Positions 30,549-45,490 of a stretch of DNA of 64,000 bases are shown here, in pieces. How positions within the stretch are numbered: the first letter of the stretch is position 1; the number at the start of each line of letters is the position of its first letter. This DNA is from Phyllobates terribilis (lineage: Eukaryota). A program made the translations under genes and the position numbers. The stretch is taken from assembly GCF_046119375.1 (NCBI RefSeq), contig NW_027362761.1, forward strand, positions 303,118,001 through 303,182,000. Reading direction: 5' to 3'. The notes under the pieces are model-generated. The model was given only the letters and a program-made list of their open reading frames with translations, was not told the origin of the DNA and searched no databases.

Positions 30549-31621
30549 CATAATATACATACATAGTTTTAAGGGTGAAGGAAGACTAAGTCCATCTAGT
30601 CCAACCCATAGCCTAACTTGTTGATCCAGAGGAAGGCAAAAAAAAAACATGTGGCAAACACTAAGCTCCACATTGGGGAAAAAAATTCCTTCCCGACTCC
30701 ATACGACAATCAGACTAGTTCCCTGGATCAACGCCCTATCAAGGAATCTAGTATTTATAGCCTGTAATATTATACTTTTCAAGAAAGGCATCCAGGCCCT
30801 TCTTAAATTTTAATAGTGAATCACTCATTACAACATCATGCGGCAGAGAGTTCCATAGTCTCACTGCTCTTACAGTAAAGAATCCCCGTCTGTGATTTTG
30901 TTTAAACCTTCATTCCTCCAGACGTAGAAGATGCCCCCTTGTCCCAGTCTCAGGCCTCAGAGTAAAAAGATCAGTAGAAAGGTCTTTGTACTGTCCCCTC
31001 ATATACTTGTACATAGTAATAAGATCACCCCTAAGCCTTCTTTTTTCCACAGTAAATAACCCCAAGTGTAATAACCTGCCTTGGTATTGCAGACCCCCCA
31101 GTCCTCTAATAACCTTGGTCGCTCTTCTCTGCACCCGCTCTAGTTCAGCTATGTCTTTCTTATACACCGGAGACCAGAACTGTACACAGTATTCTAAGTG
31201 TGGTCGCACTAGTGACTTGTATAGAGGTAAAATTATGTTCTCCTCATGAGCATCTATGCCTCTTTTAATGCATACCATTATTTTATTTGCCTTTGCAGCA
31301 GCTGCCTGACACTGGCCACCAAACGTGAGCTTGTCGTCCTCCAATACACCCAGGTCTTTTTCAGTTACAGTTTTGCCCAGTGTTTTACAATTAAGCATAT
31401 AATTATACATTTTATTTCCTCTGCCCAAGTGCATTACCTTACATTTATCCCCATTAAAGCTCATTTGCCATTTATCAGCCCAAGCTTCTAGTTTACATAG
31501 ATCCTCCTGTAATATAAAATTGTCCTCCTCTGTATTGATTACCCTGCAGAGTTTAGTGTCATCTGCAAATATTGAAATATTACTCTGTATGCCCCCTACA
31601 AGGTCATTAATAAATATGTTA
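30549..31621 (-). mobile_element. 5'-truncated CR1 LINE (RT C-terminus, 3' UTR, TATG tail)
   Basis: NIFINDL...SIFADDTKL, FNGDKCKVMHLG, EKDLGV, LYKSLVRPHLEYCVQFWSP, RRLRGDLI; 3' end GGTTGGACTAGATGGAC...AACTATGTATG. Confidence 0.93.
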
Positions 31622-31715
31622 AAAAAAAAATTTGTTTTAACTTACAAAAAGAAAGTATATAAAGCAAAAGTAGGAAAAATGTATGTAGGATCTATCAATA
31701 ATAACTCACTCGTAA

Positions 31716-32189
31716 AGGGAATCTTTCAAAATTACTTCAGACCCCAAACTCATTTTATGTGCATGTAGCTGTTTCAAAGACAAGTCCAGCAATACTTGTA
31801 TATGGCCAGTCCGATCCTCAGTTATTGAAAAATTAGCGTTTTAATTTATATGCAAATGGACTCAAAGAGCTATTTGTAGATTTGAAGCCTACGTCACTCC
31901 AGATCTCTTCCCTGCCCAGTGTCGCTGCCTCCTGTTTGACAGATGGCTCCTTTGCTTGAAGTCATACAGCAAAGAGACTGATAGTCAAGCAGGAGGTGAC
32001 CGGGTGAAGAATAGAGCTGGAGTGGCAGAGGCTTCAGATCTCCAGTCTCATTTGCATATCAATTAAAACACTGATTTATCAATAATAGGAACAAACTGGC
32101 TTTGTAATGGTACTGGGGGGCTTGTATTTGAAAGAGCTACATGCATATATATATAGTTTGGGGGGTGAAATCCTGCTGACAGAATTTCA
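31716..32189. mobile_element. Degenerate TTAA-type MITE with palindromic arms
   Basis: AGGGAATC...TGCTGACAGAAT-TTAA; mirrored octamers ATGCAAAT (31850) and ATTTGCAT (32050). Confidence 0.7.
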
Positions 32190-32406
32190 TTAAGGAATCA
32201 ACTATTGGCAAATATGACAACACTTTTTTCTAGCCCTAGCTCTTTTCACTGACTGAATTTGGCAAAAATTTTGGAAACAAATTAAATTCATGTACACTGG
32301 GTAATATTCTTAGAGTCACAAAACAAGTGAAATGATAGTGGAAATGCAGTTGTTCTATTATGCTAGGGAAAGGAAAGCATAATGATTAAATGTATGAATG
32401 TATGTA

Positions 32407-33959
<1,553 letters not shown>

Positions 33960-34383
33960 TATGTTAATAGTTTGTTACACATTGAAAAATGTATTATTTG
34001 GGGAAGGACAAAAAGGATACATTAAAAAAATGTAGGGGAAGATGGCTAGGGTTATTTAGTACAGGAGCACTATGCTAGTCACTTTTTATTTTCTCTTTGA
34101 ATGCAGAATACAGAGGGGAATTGGGAGGTTAATGGTCAATAAGTTGTCTATGTTTCTTATTATATTAAATGCACTAAAAAAATGTCTAAAGAGTATGTGT
34201 ATAATGTATGAATATTTGAGTAGTAGCAAAGATAAAACTTTTGCATAAAGAAAAAAAGGGACAATTTCCCATACTTTCTAGGAGAAACAATCTTGTGATA
34301 CTAGGTCTCGTTTTCCCATGTGAATTTATATGGCCATACTGCCTACAACCAAAACCATACCAACTTTAGTTTCTACTTGACTA

Positions 34384-35870
34384 GTTTTTAAATGAAGGTC
34401 TTTATTATTAAGGGAAAAAGAAATCCAAACCTACAGGGCCCTGTGTGAAAGAGTGATTGTCCCCCCCTTAAAACATAAATTAACTGTGGTTTATCTCATC
34501 TTTGGGAAGGTGAGTTAAATTTCCCTAGCCACGCATACAGGTCTGATTACTGCCACACCTGTTCTCAATCAAAAAAAATCACTTAAATAGGACCAGCCTG
34601 ACAAAGTGAAGTAGACCAAAAGATCCTCAAAAGCTAGACATCATGCTGCAATCCAAAGAAATGCAGGAACAAATGAGAAACAAAGTAATTGAGATCTATC
34701 AGTCTGGAAAAGGTTATAAAGCCATTTCTCAAGCTTTGGCACTCCAGCGACCCACAGTGAGAGCCATTATCCACAAATGGACACATGAAACAGTGTTGAA
34801 CCTTCCCAGTAGTGTCCGGCTGACCAAAATTAACTCACGAGCACATCGACGACTCATCCAAGAGGTCACAAAAGATCCCACAACACATCCAAAGAACTTC
34901 AGGCCTCACTTGCCTCAGTTAAGGTCAGTGTTCATGATTCCACCATAGGAAAGAGATTGGGCAAAAATGGCATGCATGGCAGAGTTCGAAGACAAAAACC
35001 ACTGCTGAGCACAATAAACATAAAGGCTCATCTCAGTTTTACCAGAAAACGTCTTGATGATCACCAAGACTTTTGGGAGAATACTCTGTGGATTGACAAG
35101 ACAAAAGTTGAAGTATTTGGAAGGTGTATGTCCCATTACATCTGGTGTAGACGTAACACAGCATTTCAGAAAAGGAACATCATACCAACAGTAAAATATG
35201 GTAATGGTAGTGTGATGGTCTAGGGCTGTTTTGCTGCTTCAGGACCTGGAAGACTTGCTGTGGTAAATGGTACCATGAATTCGGCTGTCTACCAAAAAAT
35301 CCTGAAGGAGAATGTTGGGCCATATGTTCGCGACCACAAGCTGAAGCGCACTTGGGTTATGCAGCTGTACAATGATCCAAAACACTCCAGCAGGTTCACC
35401 TCTGAATGACTTAATAAAAACAAAATTAAGACTTGGCCCTGTCAAAGTCTTGACCTTAATCCAATTGAGATGCTGTGGCATGACCTTAAAAAGGCGGTTC
35501 ATGCTCGAAAACCCTCCAATGTGGCTCGATTACAACAATTTTGCAAAGATGAGTGGGCTAAAATTCCTCCAGAGTGTAAAAGACTCATTGCCAGTTATCG
35601 CAAATGCTTGATTGCAGCTGTTGCTGCTAAGGGTGGCCCAACCAGTTATTAGGTTTAGGAAGCAATCACTTTTTCACACAGGGTCCTGTAGGTTTGGATT
35701 TCTTTTTCCCTTAATAATAAAGACCTTCATTTAAAAACTGCATTTTGTGCTTACTTGTGTTATCTTTGTCTAATGTTTAAATTTGTTTTGTGATCTGAAA
35801 CATTTAAGTGTGACAAATATGCTAATGAATAAGAAATCAGAAAGGGGGCAAACCCTTTTTCATACCACTG
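34384..35870 (+). mobile_element. Frog Prince-like Tc1 element, decayed, left TIR truncated
   Basis: Fragments 34643-35652 match the Frog Prince transposase as recalled (KVIEIYQSGKGYKAIS, TVRAIIHKW, IIPTVKYG.GSVMV, LW.DLKKAVHARKPSNV, AAKGGPTSY). The right end is CACTG-TA at 35870; only the inner part of the left IR remains. Confidence 0.88.
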
Positions 35871-36121
35871 TAGTCATATATATTTATAATTATTGAAGCC
35901 TGCTAGAATACAAATATAGATATTTATTGTTTGGTGCTTCAAGTGAAGAAATAGGCCACTTTGAGTTGTTTATGGTTTGCAATCATATCAGATCATTTAT
36001 TTTCAAAACTAATTTGGTAAAAAGAAAGTCATCATCTGATTAGTATAGGAACATTTACTGTTGTTTCTGGCATAAATACAATGGCAAAGCTTTTCCCTGA
36101 GTTCCAAATTCTATGGGATGG

Positions 36122-36420
36122 GGGGGGGCAATTTATCAAAGCTTTTTCGCTCCAAATGTTTTTTGCTCAAGACTTTTCCCACCATTCTTGCCCCAGCTCC
36201 AACAAAGTGGGCGAAGCTGGGGCACAATGGAAACGCTATGCCACAGGGACTGGAGTAAGATTGATGGCGAGGCACACAAAGAGGCGCATGCCACTACGCG
36301 TCTCGCCTGATTCATGAAGTGGCATATGAATGAATCCTTTTAATGAATCAGGAGAGTCCAATATGCCCCTTTCATCAAAAAGAATCCAGCAAGAGAATCG
36401 CCAATCTTGATGAATCGGGA
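36122..36420. mobile_element. Old MITE-like element
   Basis: GGGGCAATTTATCAA start, TTGATGAATC end and partly palindromic interior; TSD not resolved. Confidence 0.35.
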
Positions 36421-36948
36421 TCTATGATTTTCTTCACTTTGAAAATGCTAAAGCTATGGCTACTTGTAGCCACCACTAAAGAGGCCCAATTGGTTATGAG
36501 AAAACCATAACATGTGAAAGTAGATGAAATTATGAGCATTTTTTTTCAAACATGATGGATATGTATCGGCCTGTATTTCTCAGCATTAATTACACCAAGA
36601 AATGTCAACATTGAGGACTGTAAATGCAGTGGTCAACCAAAGGAAGAGTGCAGTGGAGTGGAGTAACTAGCTCCAAAAATGTACTCTAGCCCCAAATGTG
36701 AATCAGGTAAATGTCCACCTGCAAGTGCTTTATTAGGACTGTTGGGCACCTTTATGCTTACTTCTCTTCAGAATTGGAAGATATTTAGCAGTGCCATAAC
36801 TCAGAACTGGCAGCAGCCAGTGAGACTTAGCTAGGGGGGCAGCCTCAGGCTTTAGGCTTCAAAGGATCATATTGCAACTTAGAAGTAAGATATAAAACAT
36901 TTTCACATTTTTTTTATGTATATATATATATATGTTTGCATATATATA

Positions 36949-38570
36949 CAGTACAGACCAAAAGTTTGGACACACCTTGTCATTTAAAGATTTTTCTGTA
37001 TTTTCATGACTATGAAAATTGTACATTCACAATGAAGGCATCAAAACTATGAATTAACACATGTGGAATTATATACTTAACAAAAAAGTGTGAAACAACT
37101 GAAAATATGTCTTATATTCTAGGTTCTTCAAAGTAGCCACCTTTTGCTTTGATGACTGCTTTGCACACTCTTGGTATTCTCTTGATGAGCTTCAAGAGGT
37201 AGTCACCGGAAATGGTCTTCCAACAATCTTGAAGGAGTTCCCAGAGATGCTTAGCACTTGTTGGCCCTTTTGCTTCACTCTGCGGTCCAGCTCACCCCAA
37301 ACAATCTTGATTGGATTCAGATCTGGTGACTGCGGAGGCCAGGTCATCTGGCGTAGCACCCCATCACTCTCCTTCTTGGTCAAATAGCCCTTACACAGCC
37401 TGGAGGTGTGTTTGGGGTCATTGTCCTGTTGAAAAATAAATGATGGTCAAACTAAACGCAAACCGGATGGAATAGCATGCCGCTGCAAGATGCTGTGGTA
37501 GCCATGCTGGTTCAGTATGCCTTCAATTTTGAATAAATCCCCAACAGTGTCACAGTAAAGCACCCCCACTCCATCACACCTCCTCCTCCATGCTTCACGG
37601 TGGGAACCAGGCATGTAGAGTCCATCCGTTCACCTTTTCTGCGTCGCACAGACACGGTGGTTGGAAACAAAGATCTCAAATTTGGACTCATCAGACCAAA
37701 GCACAGATTTCCACTGGTCTAATGTCCAATCCTTGTGTTCTTTAGCCCAAACAAGTCTCTTCTGCTTGTTGCCTGTCCTTAGCAGTGGTTTCCTAGCAGC
37801 TATTTTACCATGAAGGCCTGCTGCACAAAGACTCCTCTTAACAGTTGTTGTAGAGCTGTGTCTGCTGCTAGAACTCTGTGTGGCATTGACCTGGTCTCTA
37901 ATCTGTGCTGCTGTTAACCTGCGATTTCTGAGGCTGGTGACTCGGATAAACTTATCCTCAGAAGCAGAGGTGACTCTTGGTCTTCCTTTCCTGGGGCGGT
38001 TCTCATCTGAGCCAGTTTCTTTGTAGCGCTTGATGGTTTTTGCAACTGCACTTGGGGACACTTTCAAAGTTTGCCCAATTTTTCGGACTGACTGACCTTC
38101 ATTTCTTAAAGTAATGATGGCCACTCGTTTTTCTTTACTTAGCTGCTTTTTTCTTGCCATAATATAAATTCTAACAGTCTATTCAGTAGGACTATCAGCT
38201 GTGTATCCACCTGACTTCTGCACAACACAACTGATGGTCCCAACCCATTTATAAGGCAAGAAATCCCACTTATTAAACCTGACAGGGCACACCTGTGAAG
38301 TGAAAACCATTTCTGGTGACTACCTCTTGAAGCTCATCAAGAGAATGACAAGAGTGTGCAAAGCAGTCATCAAAGCAAAATGTGGCTACTTTGAAGAACC
38401 TAGAATATAAGACATATTTTCAGTTGTTTCACACTTTTTTGTTAAGTATATAATTCCACATGTGTTAATTCATAGTTTTGATGCCTTCAGTGTGAATGTA
38501 CAATTTTCAAAGTCATGAAAATACAGAAAAATCTTTAAATGAGAAGGTGTGTCCAAACTTTTGGTCTGTA

Positions 38571-38573
<3 letters not shown>
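36949..38573 (-). mobile_element. Second DD38E (Intruder-type) copy, transposase frameshifted
   Basis: Same termini and TIRs as 18391-20009, TA flanks, ORF broken near 37650. Confidence 0.95.

Positions 38574-38611
<38 letters not shown>
38574..38611. repeat. (TA)n microsatellite
   Basis: About 19 TA units directly after the transposon end; TA runs also precede the left end. Confidence 0.95.
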
Positions 38612-38617
<6 letters not shown>

Positions 38618-41600
38618 CACATCATTTATTTATTTATTTTATTTCTGGTGGGTCGCCCTAAAGTTATTTTGAAGGTAATTAATTGCTTTACAGTGCTGTA
38701 CAGCTATGGGAAGACACGAGTTGCTATATAATTACACAATTACTCAGATATGGCAACTAACAACATTAGACTTTTAAGAGCTTAGTGTCATAATAAAATG
38801 TAAATGTTTATTTAGTCAAAAATAAGGTGTCAAAAAATCCATGATGTATCATGTCCTAAATTGAAATGTACATCTCAGGTATGCATCAGCTTGCCCAAAT
38901 TTTGATATGTGCATGTAGAGTTAGAGACCCTGAAGATGAGATGATGCCCATTAAAAATTAGTCTGCACCTAAAGTACTATTATTGTTTGTCTTAATCAAT
39001 GGAGTCTCTGAAATAGAGACTTCTTGTAAGACTTCATCTTAAAATACAATTCCACCTTGAATAAATGATATCAGATACCAAGATGAATCAAATTAACTGT
39101 ATTTAAGAAATTTGATGCACATCTCTAAAGAAATGTGAGACATGCAACGGTATGAAATGTAAGTATGTCTCAAACATTGAAAGTGGGACGTTTGTGAGAC
39201 ATCAGATGGAGATTATGATAGTGAAAGATTATATCCATACAATATATGTCATTGGCACAAAAGAGAACAGGGATCAGATTTTAAATTGGAAAAGAATAAG
39301 ATAAAGTCAGAAAAAAACAATGTAGGGAAATCTTTGTAAATGAGAATCAGAAGTATGAATTTTATCCAGACAGAAAGAAGCAAAATGATTAAAAAAAACA
39401 TGAATTGTAGCTCTGGCAATAATCTTATTATTACCTGGCTAATTTTGTGTATGAATATGAATCTGAAATCTTCATTTCCTTCGGGATGCTTTTTCTCTCT
39501 TTTTTCTTTATTTTTTTTTTAATTGAAGTATATTTCATTTACCATCCCATGATATAGATTAGAGTGTACTAGAATGTGTATATCTTAATGGTGGTAGCAA
39601 ATATTCAAATGAGAACTGTGACTGTTTTAGTATATTTGACCCCTTCGTTACACCCCAATAGCATGCACGTACAAGCAGATACTATTATAAGTCTTAAAGG
39701 GTTGTCCACTACGCTGGCTCGGCTATACTATGTAATCTAACTAGTGTAACTATACAGTGTAGCTTGGAACTTCCCCTCTGAAAATGCCAGTGCAGAGTCT
39801 GATGACACAGCATCCTAGCTAAGAAAGGGAAGATAAATTGCTCATTTCTCCTTGGATCTCCCTTTTTCTAGGAGAATTGGTAAACAGGACTTACATGCAT
39901 ATGGGCTTTTTTCGGGTAGAAGTGGAGGCTGTATTAAGTTAAAAATATACTTTTGCTCTGCTGATTTAACAATTTTTGTTCACGTTAATTGGGCTTATAT
40001 GCTAAATAATGCAGCCAACTACCACAGCTAATTATGAAGGTATGAGATAGATTGCAGCTATGTAATCTATAGCATTTGTACATAATCTCAAAATGAAATA
40101 TTACAGTACTTTGGCATGCTACATTTAAAAGCAAGCTACTACAAGCACAATATACCATTTTATTGATAGAATTGGATATCTTCATCTGGGTATGTTTGGA
40201 GACAATCTATCAGCTATCCTGCCATGTTTGTTTTATATAATTCTTGCATTCTCCAAGAAATAACATTTCTGGAGCATCGTTTCTTGCAGCTTTGCGTTTT
40301 GTCGTTCCGCCAATAAATGTATCAATAAATTCTCTCCTAGAATTTTACTGGGTGTCATCAGTTCTCTTGTCAAAGAGGTGTGTCCACAGTCCACATGGTC
40401 TTAAACTAGCAACTATGACAAGGCACCACCAACTTCTAACATCCATGTGGCCTGTATATGATTGAGTGTCAAAAAGAATGAGTTTCTGTTAAATATATAT
40501 TGAAAGGATTAAAAGCAGCTGTTATTGGCAATAACAGAATTTCACATTCTGTAATGTTGAGGATTTGTTGTATCATGAAACGAAAAAAAATCTCCAAACA
40601 CTTTACATAATGATGGTATAACTATACATGAATGTACATAATGTATTGACATCAGTTCATATGTATTCAGTTTTTTATGAGTTTTCCTTATGTCCAATAT
40701 TGGTAACACAAAATATAATAAATTCACTGGAAGTGTAACGTGTGGGCATGCATCTACTGTACGCAATGAAATGTGTAGTAGTATGCTGCAATATAAATAT
40801 GTATTTTTCTTTGCTTTCTATTGATAAGGATAACATTTTGCTTTAAGCTTACAGTATATCAAAAATAATTAAATTTGGAGCACATATTCTTATTTTGTGA
40901 CATGGAAGATGTATATACATGTCAGAAGACTGATGGCTCAGGCGTCGAAATACAGAGTTTCAGTGGTTTTCAATGGCTTCACACAGGAGAGTTAAAGTTG
41001 CGCCATTACAGTCGTTTAGAGTTAAATGGGTTTATAAGCTGTCAATTTGGATTATTTTGAGCTATACCAGGCAGACTGTAGTCTGTGTCGAAAGGCAAAT
41101 GAAAAACACTGCTGTAAAAAGTGGTTTATAGTTGGCTGTAAAGACAAGAACAGGGCATTTAAAGCAATGTACAAGGAATTTACGCAATTAAGAAACATAG
41201 CTACTTCCTTTTAACGTGGTCAATAGAGATGAGCGGATTGATTCACGAAACCCCTGTCCATGATCTAGGCTAGTGCTCTCTGGCCATGAATTAAAGCTGT
41301 GTGAATTTCTTGAATTTCCAGTAATGGACTCAAAACTACAGTACACTGCTCAGTACTGCTGTGTCATCTCCTCCATGATGCTGTTGCTTCTAAGGTTGTG
41401 CTACAGATACAAAAGAGAGCAAGAATCCCTCACGTCTTTGTCTATATTGTATGGTAGACACACATAACAACTGCTCTCCACACAGCAGCTCAGAGACAAC
41501 TAAAAATTAGAGATAAAGCCTGCAGAGGGAAAAATGGTCAAAATGCAAGATGCAAGTCAGATAAAGACCCAGTATAGTGTTAATCCTTATGTACACACAT

Positions 41601-43779
41601 GACATTGTATTGAGAATAGTAACCTGAAACAGCAAGCATGATTTATAGAGGATCTCAGACTAGAGATCTACTTATGATTCAGAACATATTGCTGCTCAAA
41701 CAATGGTGGAAAACAGGGCAATATTTTGTCCTAAGCACTTGAAGACCCAAAGCCTAAGATGACACCATGTGAGGGGCTGCATAAACACCATAAATATATA
41801 TACATATACTGTATATCTATATATATTGGGGCTGCTCGCCTTCTCCACATGGCAGACTTCACATCGCTCGGCTAGGGAAAGATAAATAGGCTCATTCACC
41901 AGGAAAACAATGCATCCACCAGTAAGATTATTCTTGTTTCCACGGATCACATTGTGTCCCTATGTCCTCCAGGGTCTGGATGTAGTGTGTGGCAAGTGGC
42001 ATCTGGAGTCTTTTTATCTTTTAATCTTTAATTTTATCCCCCAGAAATCACCCATAACGACAGTGAATAGTAGTAGTAGTCGATCCTTATGCATATTTTG
42101 CTGGTTTATTTCAAGAGTTAAATTAACAGAGCACTAGACTTGCTTACACAGGGGATAGGGGTTTTCTCATCAATGAGGACAGATATGTTTATACTGTAAA
42201 TCCATATGGACATAGTTCATGACTGTGAGCAAGATAAATAAGCTTGATTTCCTGAAGCTGTAGACCTGGAAAATTATCACTTAAGAACAAAATGTAAACA
42301 GTATGTATAATGCACACAAAATCTATCATCTGAATATTCGGCACTGTTTTAGTTTAGCATTTAACCAAACATGTAAGTGACAGTCATGGATCTTCTGGAT
42401 TTGCCTATTACGTACCAAACATCAGAGTCTTATATTTTAATCCAGCAGACCTAATAGTCAAGTCATTATGAAGACATGCAGAATTCTGAAATGGAGTTAT
42501 TAAAGAATAAGAATAAAAAAACTGTCAAAAGGTAAGGAAAGCACTAAAATAACACAAAACGCTCTACACACCTGTTCAACCCCCCTACTGCTCACGCAAC
42601 GTTACTCTGGTGCTCTACAACAGTCTTTTTTTACTTTGCTGCAGTGAAGCCAATTTTTGGCCTTACTGATGCAGGCACAAGACAGTTTAGACTGGTGGTT
42701 TAATGGACTGGTGCAGGGACAGGCAGAGATGTGCAGAAAATTATAAAGAGGTGTTCCCCTCCTAATAAATTAACTAATGACCCCCAGCTAAATTCATATT
42801 AATTCTGGTGTATGAAACACTTAATAAATTCTCCCAGTGTCTATACAGAAAATAATTCTTGCAGGGTATAATCATTGTGAATCTTGAGCAGCATCTTCTG
42901 TTATTAGTTTTTTGGATATTACAGCAGCGATATGAACACAGAGAAAATAAAGGTTATTGTTTCTATTTTCTACATACTTCGATGGGTGCTGTTTTTGTTG
43001 AGTAGAGATAATGCCAGTAGAGCTAAGGCCAGAGATTTTTCTATTATGGACACAGCAAGGAATCTGCTTTCACCTCTAAAGGATATTTTAAAGATGTGAT
43101 CACTCAGCATGAGACAATTATTGCTCAGCCACCCTTAGAGGAGTTCTGTGCTGGAGAATATGATGATTCTAAACAAGTAAATAATCAATGGAAGTCCTAC
43201 TTTACAAGCCGGCAGTATCTAGAGATGCTTGTAAATACAACCCCAATCATCCAATTAGCAGAAAATCCTGCAATGGAATCAATCAACCCCTTTACCCCCG
43301 AGGGTGGTTTGCACGTTAATGACCAGGCCAGTTTCTACAATTCTGACCACTGTCACTTTATGAGATAATTACTCTGGAACGCTTCAACGGATCCCCCTGA
43401 TTCTGAGACTGTATTTTCATGACATATTGTACTTCATGATAGTGGTAACATTTTTTCGATATCACTTGCGTTGATTTGTGAAAAAAATGGAAATTTGGCA
43501 AAAATTTTGAAAATTTCACAATTTTCAAACTTTGAATTTTCATCCCCTTAAATCAGAGAGATATGTCACACAAAAGAGTTAATAAACAACATTTCCCACA
43601 TGTCTACTTTACATCAGCACAATTTTGGAAACAAAATTTTTTTGTTAGGGAGCTATAAGGGTTAAAAGTTGACCAGCGATTTCTCATTTTTGCAACAAAA
43701 TTTACAAAACCATTTTTTTTAGGGTCCATGTCATATTTAAAGTCACTTTCAGGGGTCTTTATGACAGAAAATACCCAAA

Positions 43780-45340
43780 AGTGACACCATTCTAAAAACT
43801 GCACCCCTCAAGGTGCTCAAAACCACATTCAAGAAGTTTATTAACCCTTCAGGTGCTTCACAGCAATTAATTGAACATGAAAGGAAAAAATGAACATTTA
43901 ACTTTTTTTCACTAAAAATTTACTTTAGACCCCAATATTTTTATTTTCACGAGGGAAACAGGAGAAATTGGAAAACAAAAGTTGTTGTGCAATTTCTCCT
44001 GAGTATGATGATACCCCATATGTGGGGGAAAGCCATTGTTTGGGTGCACGGCAGGGCTCGGAAGGGAAAGAGAGCCATTTGACAATTTCAATGCAAAACT
44101 CGCTGGAGTTGACAGCGGACCCCATGTCGCATTTGGACAGCCCCTGATGAGCCTAAACAGTGGAAACCCCCCACAAGTGACCCCATTTTGGAAACTAGAC
44201 CCCTTAAGGAACTTATTTAGATGTGTGGTGAGCACTTTGAACCCCCAAGTTTATCGCAAAAGTTTATGACGCAGAGTTGTGAAAAAAAAAATCATTTTTT
44301 TTTCACAAAAATGACCTTTTAGCCACAATTTTTTTATTTTCACAAGGGTACACCAGGAGAAATTGGAAAACAAAAGTTGTTGTGCAATTTCTCCTGAGAA
44401 CGCTGATGCCCCATATGTGGGGGAAAGCCATTGCTTGGGCGCACGGCAGAGCTCAGAAGGGAAGGAGTGCCATTTCACATTTTCAATGCAAAACTCGCTG
44501 GAGTTGACAGCAGACCCCATGTCGCGTTTGGAGAGCCCCTAATGTGCCTAAACAGTGGAAACCCCCCACAAGTGACCCAATTTTGGAAACTAGACCCCTT
44601 AAGGAACTTATTTAGATGTGTGGTGAGCACTTTGAACCCCCAAGTTTATCAAAAAAGTTTATGACGTAGAGTTGTGAAAAAAAAAATCATTTTTTTTCCA
44701 CAAAAATGATCTTTTAGCCACAATTTTTTTATTTTCACAAGGGTACACCAGGAGAAATTGGAAAACAAAAGTTGTTGTGCAATTTCTCCTGAGTACGCTG
44801 ATACCTCATATATGGGGGAAAACCATTGTTTGAGTGCAAGTCAGGGCTCGGAAGGGAAGGAGTGATGCTTTGGAATGCAGACTTTGATGGAATGCTCTGC
44901 GGGCGTCATGTCACGTTCTCAGAGCCCCTAATGTGCCTAAACACTAGAAACCACCCACAACTAGACCCCACATTGAATTTATCTAGATATGTTGTGAGCA
45001 CCTTGAACCCCCAGGTGCTTCACAGAAAATTATAACGTTGACTTGTGAAAATAAAAAAAACACATTTTTTCCACAAAAATGTAAAAAAAAAATATTTTCA
45101 CAAGGGTAACAGGAGAAAGTAGACCTCAAAATCTGTTGTCCAATTCCTCCTGAGTACGCTGATACCCCATGTGTTGGAGAAAACTACTGTGTGGGCGTAC
45201 GTCAGGGCTCGGAAGGGAAGGAGTGACGCTTTGGAATGCCGACTTTGATGAAATGGTCTGCGGGCGTCATGTCACGTTCTCAGAGCTCCTGATGTGCCTA
45301 AACAATGGAAATGCCCAATAAGTGCCCCCTTTTTGGAACT
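43780..45340. repeat. Tandem array of about 390-bp units inside piggyBac copy 2
   Basis: TTTTGGAAACTAGACCCC recurs at about 44187 and 44581 (394 bp apart), with degenerate flanking units. Confidence 0.8.
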
Positions 45341-45490
45341 GATACCCAATTTGTGAATTTTATAATGTAGTGTCATATGTCAGTTGTGTAGGACACCCTG
45401 ATGAACACTACAGAACTGACATATGACAACCTGACGAACACTAAGTCAGTTGTGCAGTGTTAGTCAGGTTGTCATACGTTAGAAATTAAT

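Noticed and set aside
38650-43080. Scattered 60-90 aa ORFs in AT-rich DNA
   Set aside because: No recognisable domains or consistent exon structure; these are the lengths expected by chance.
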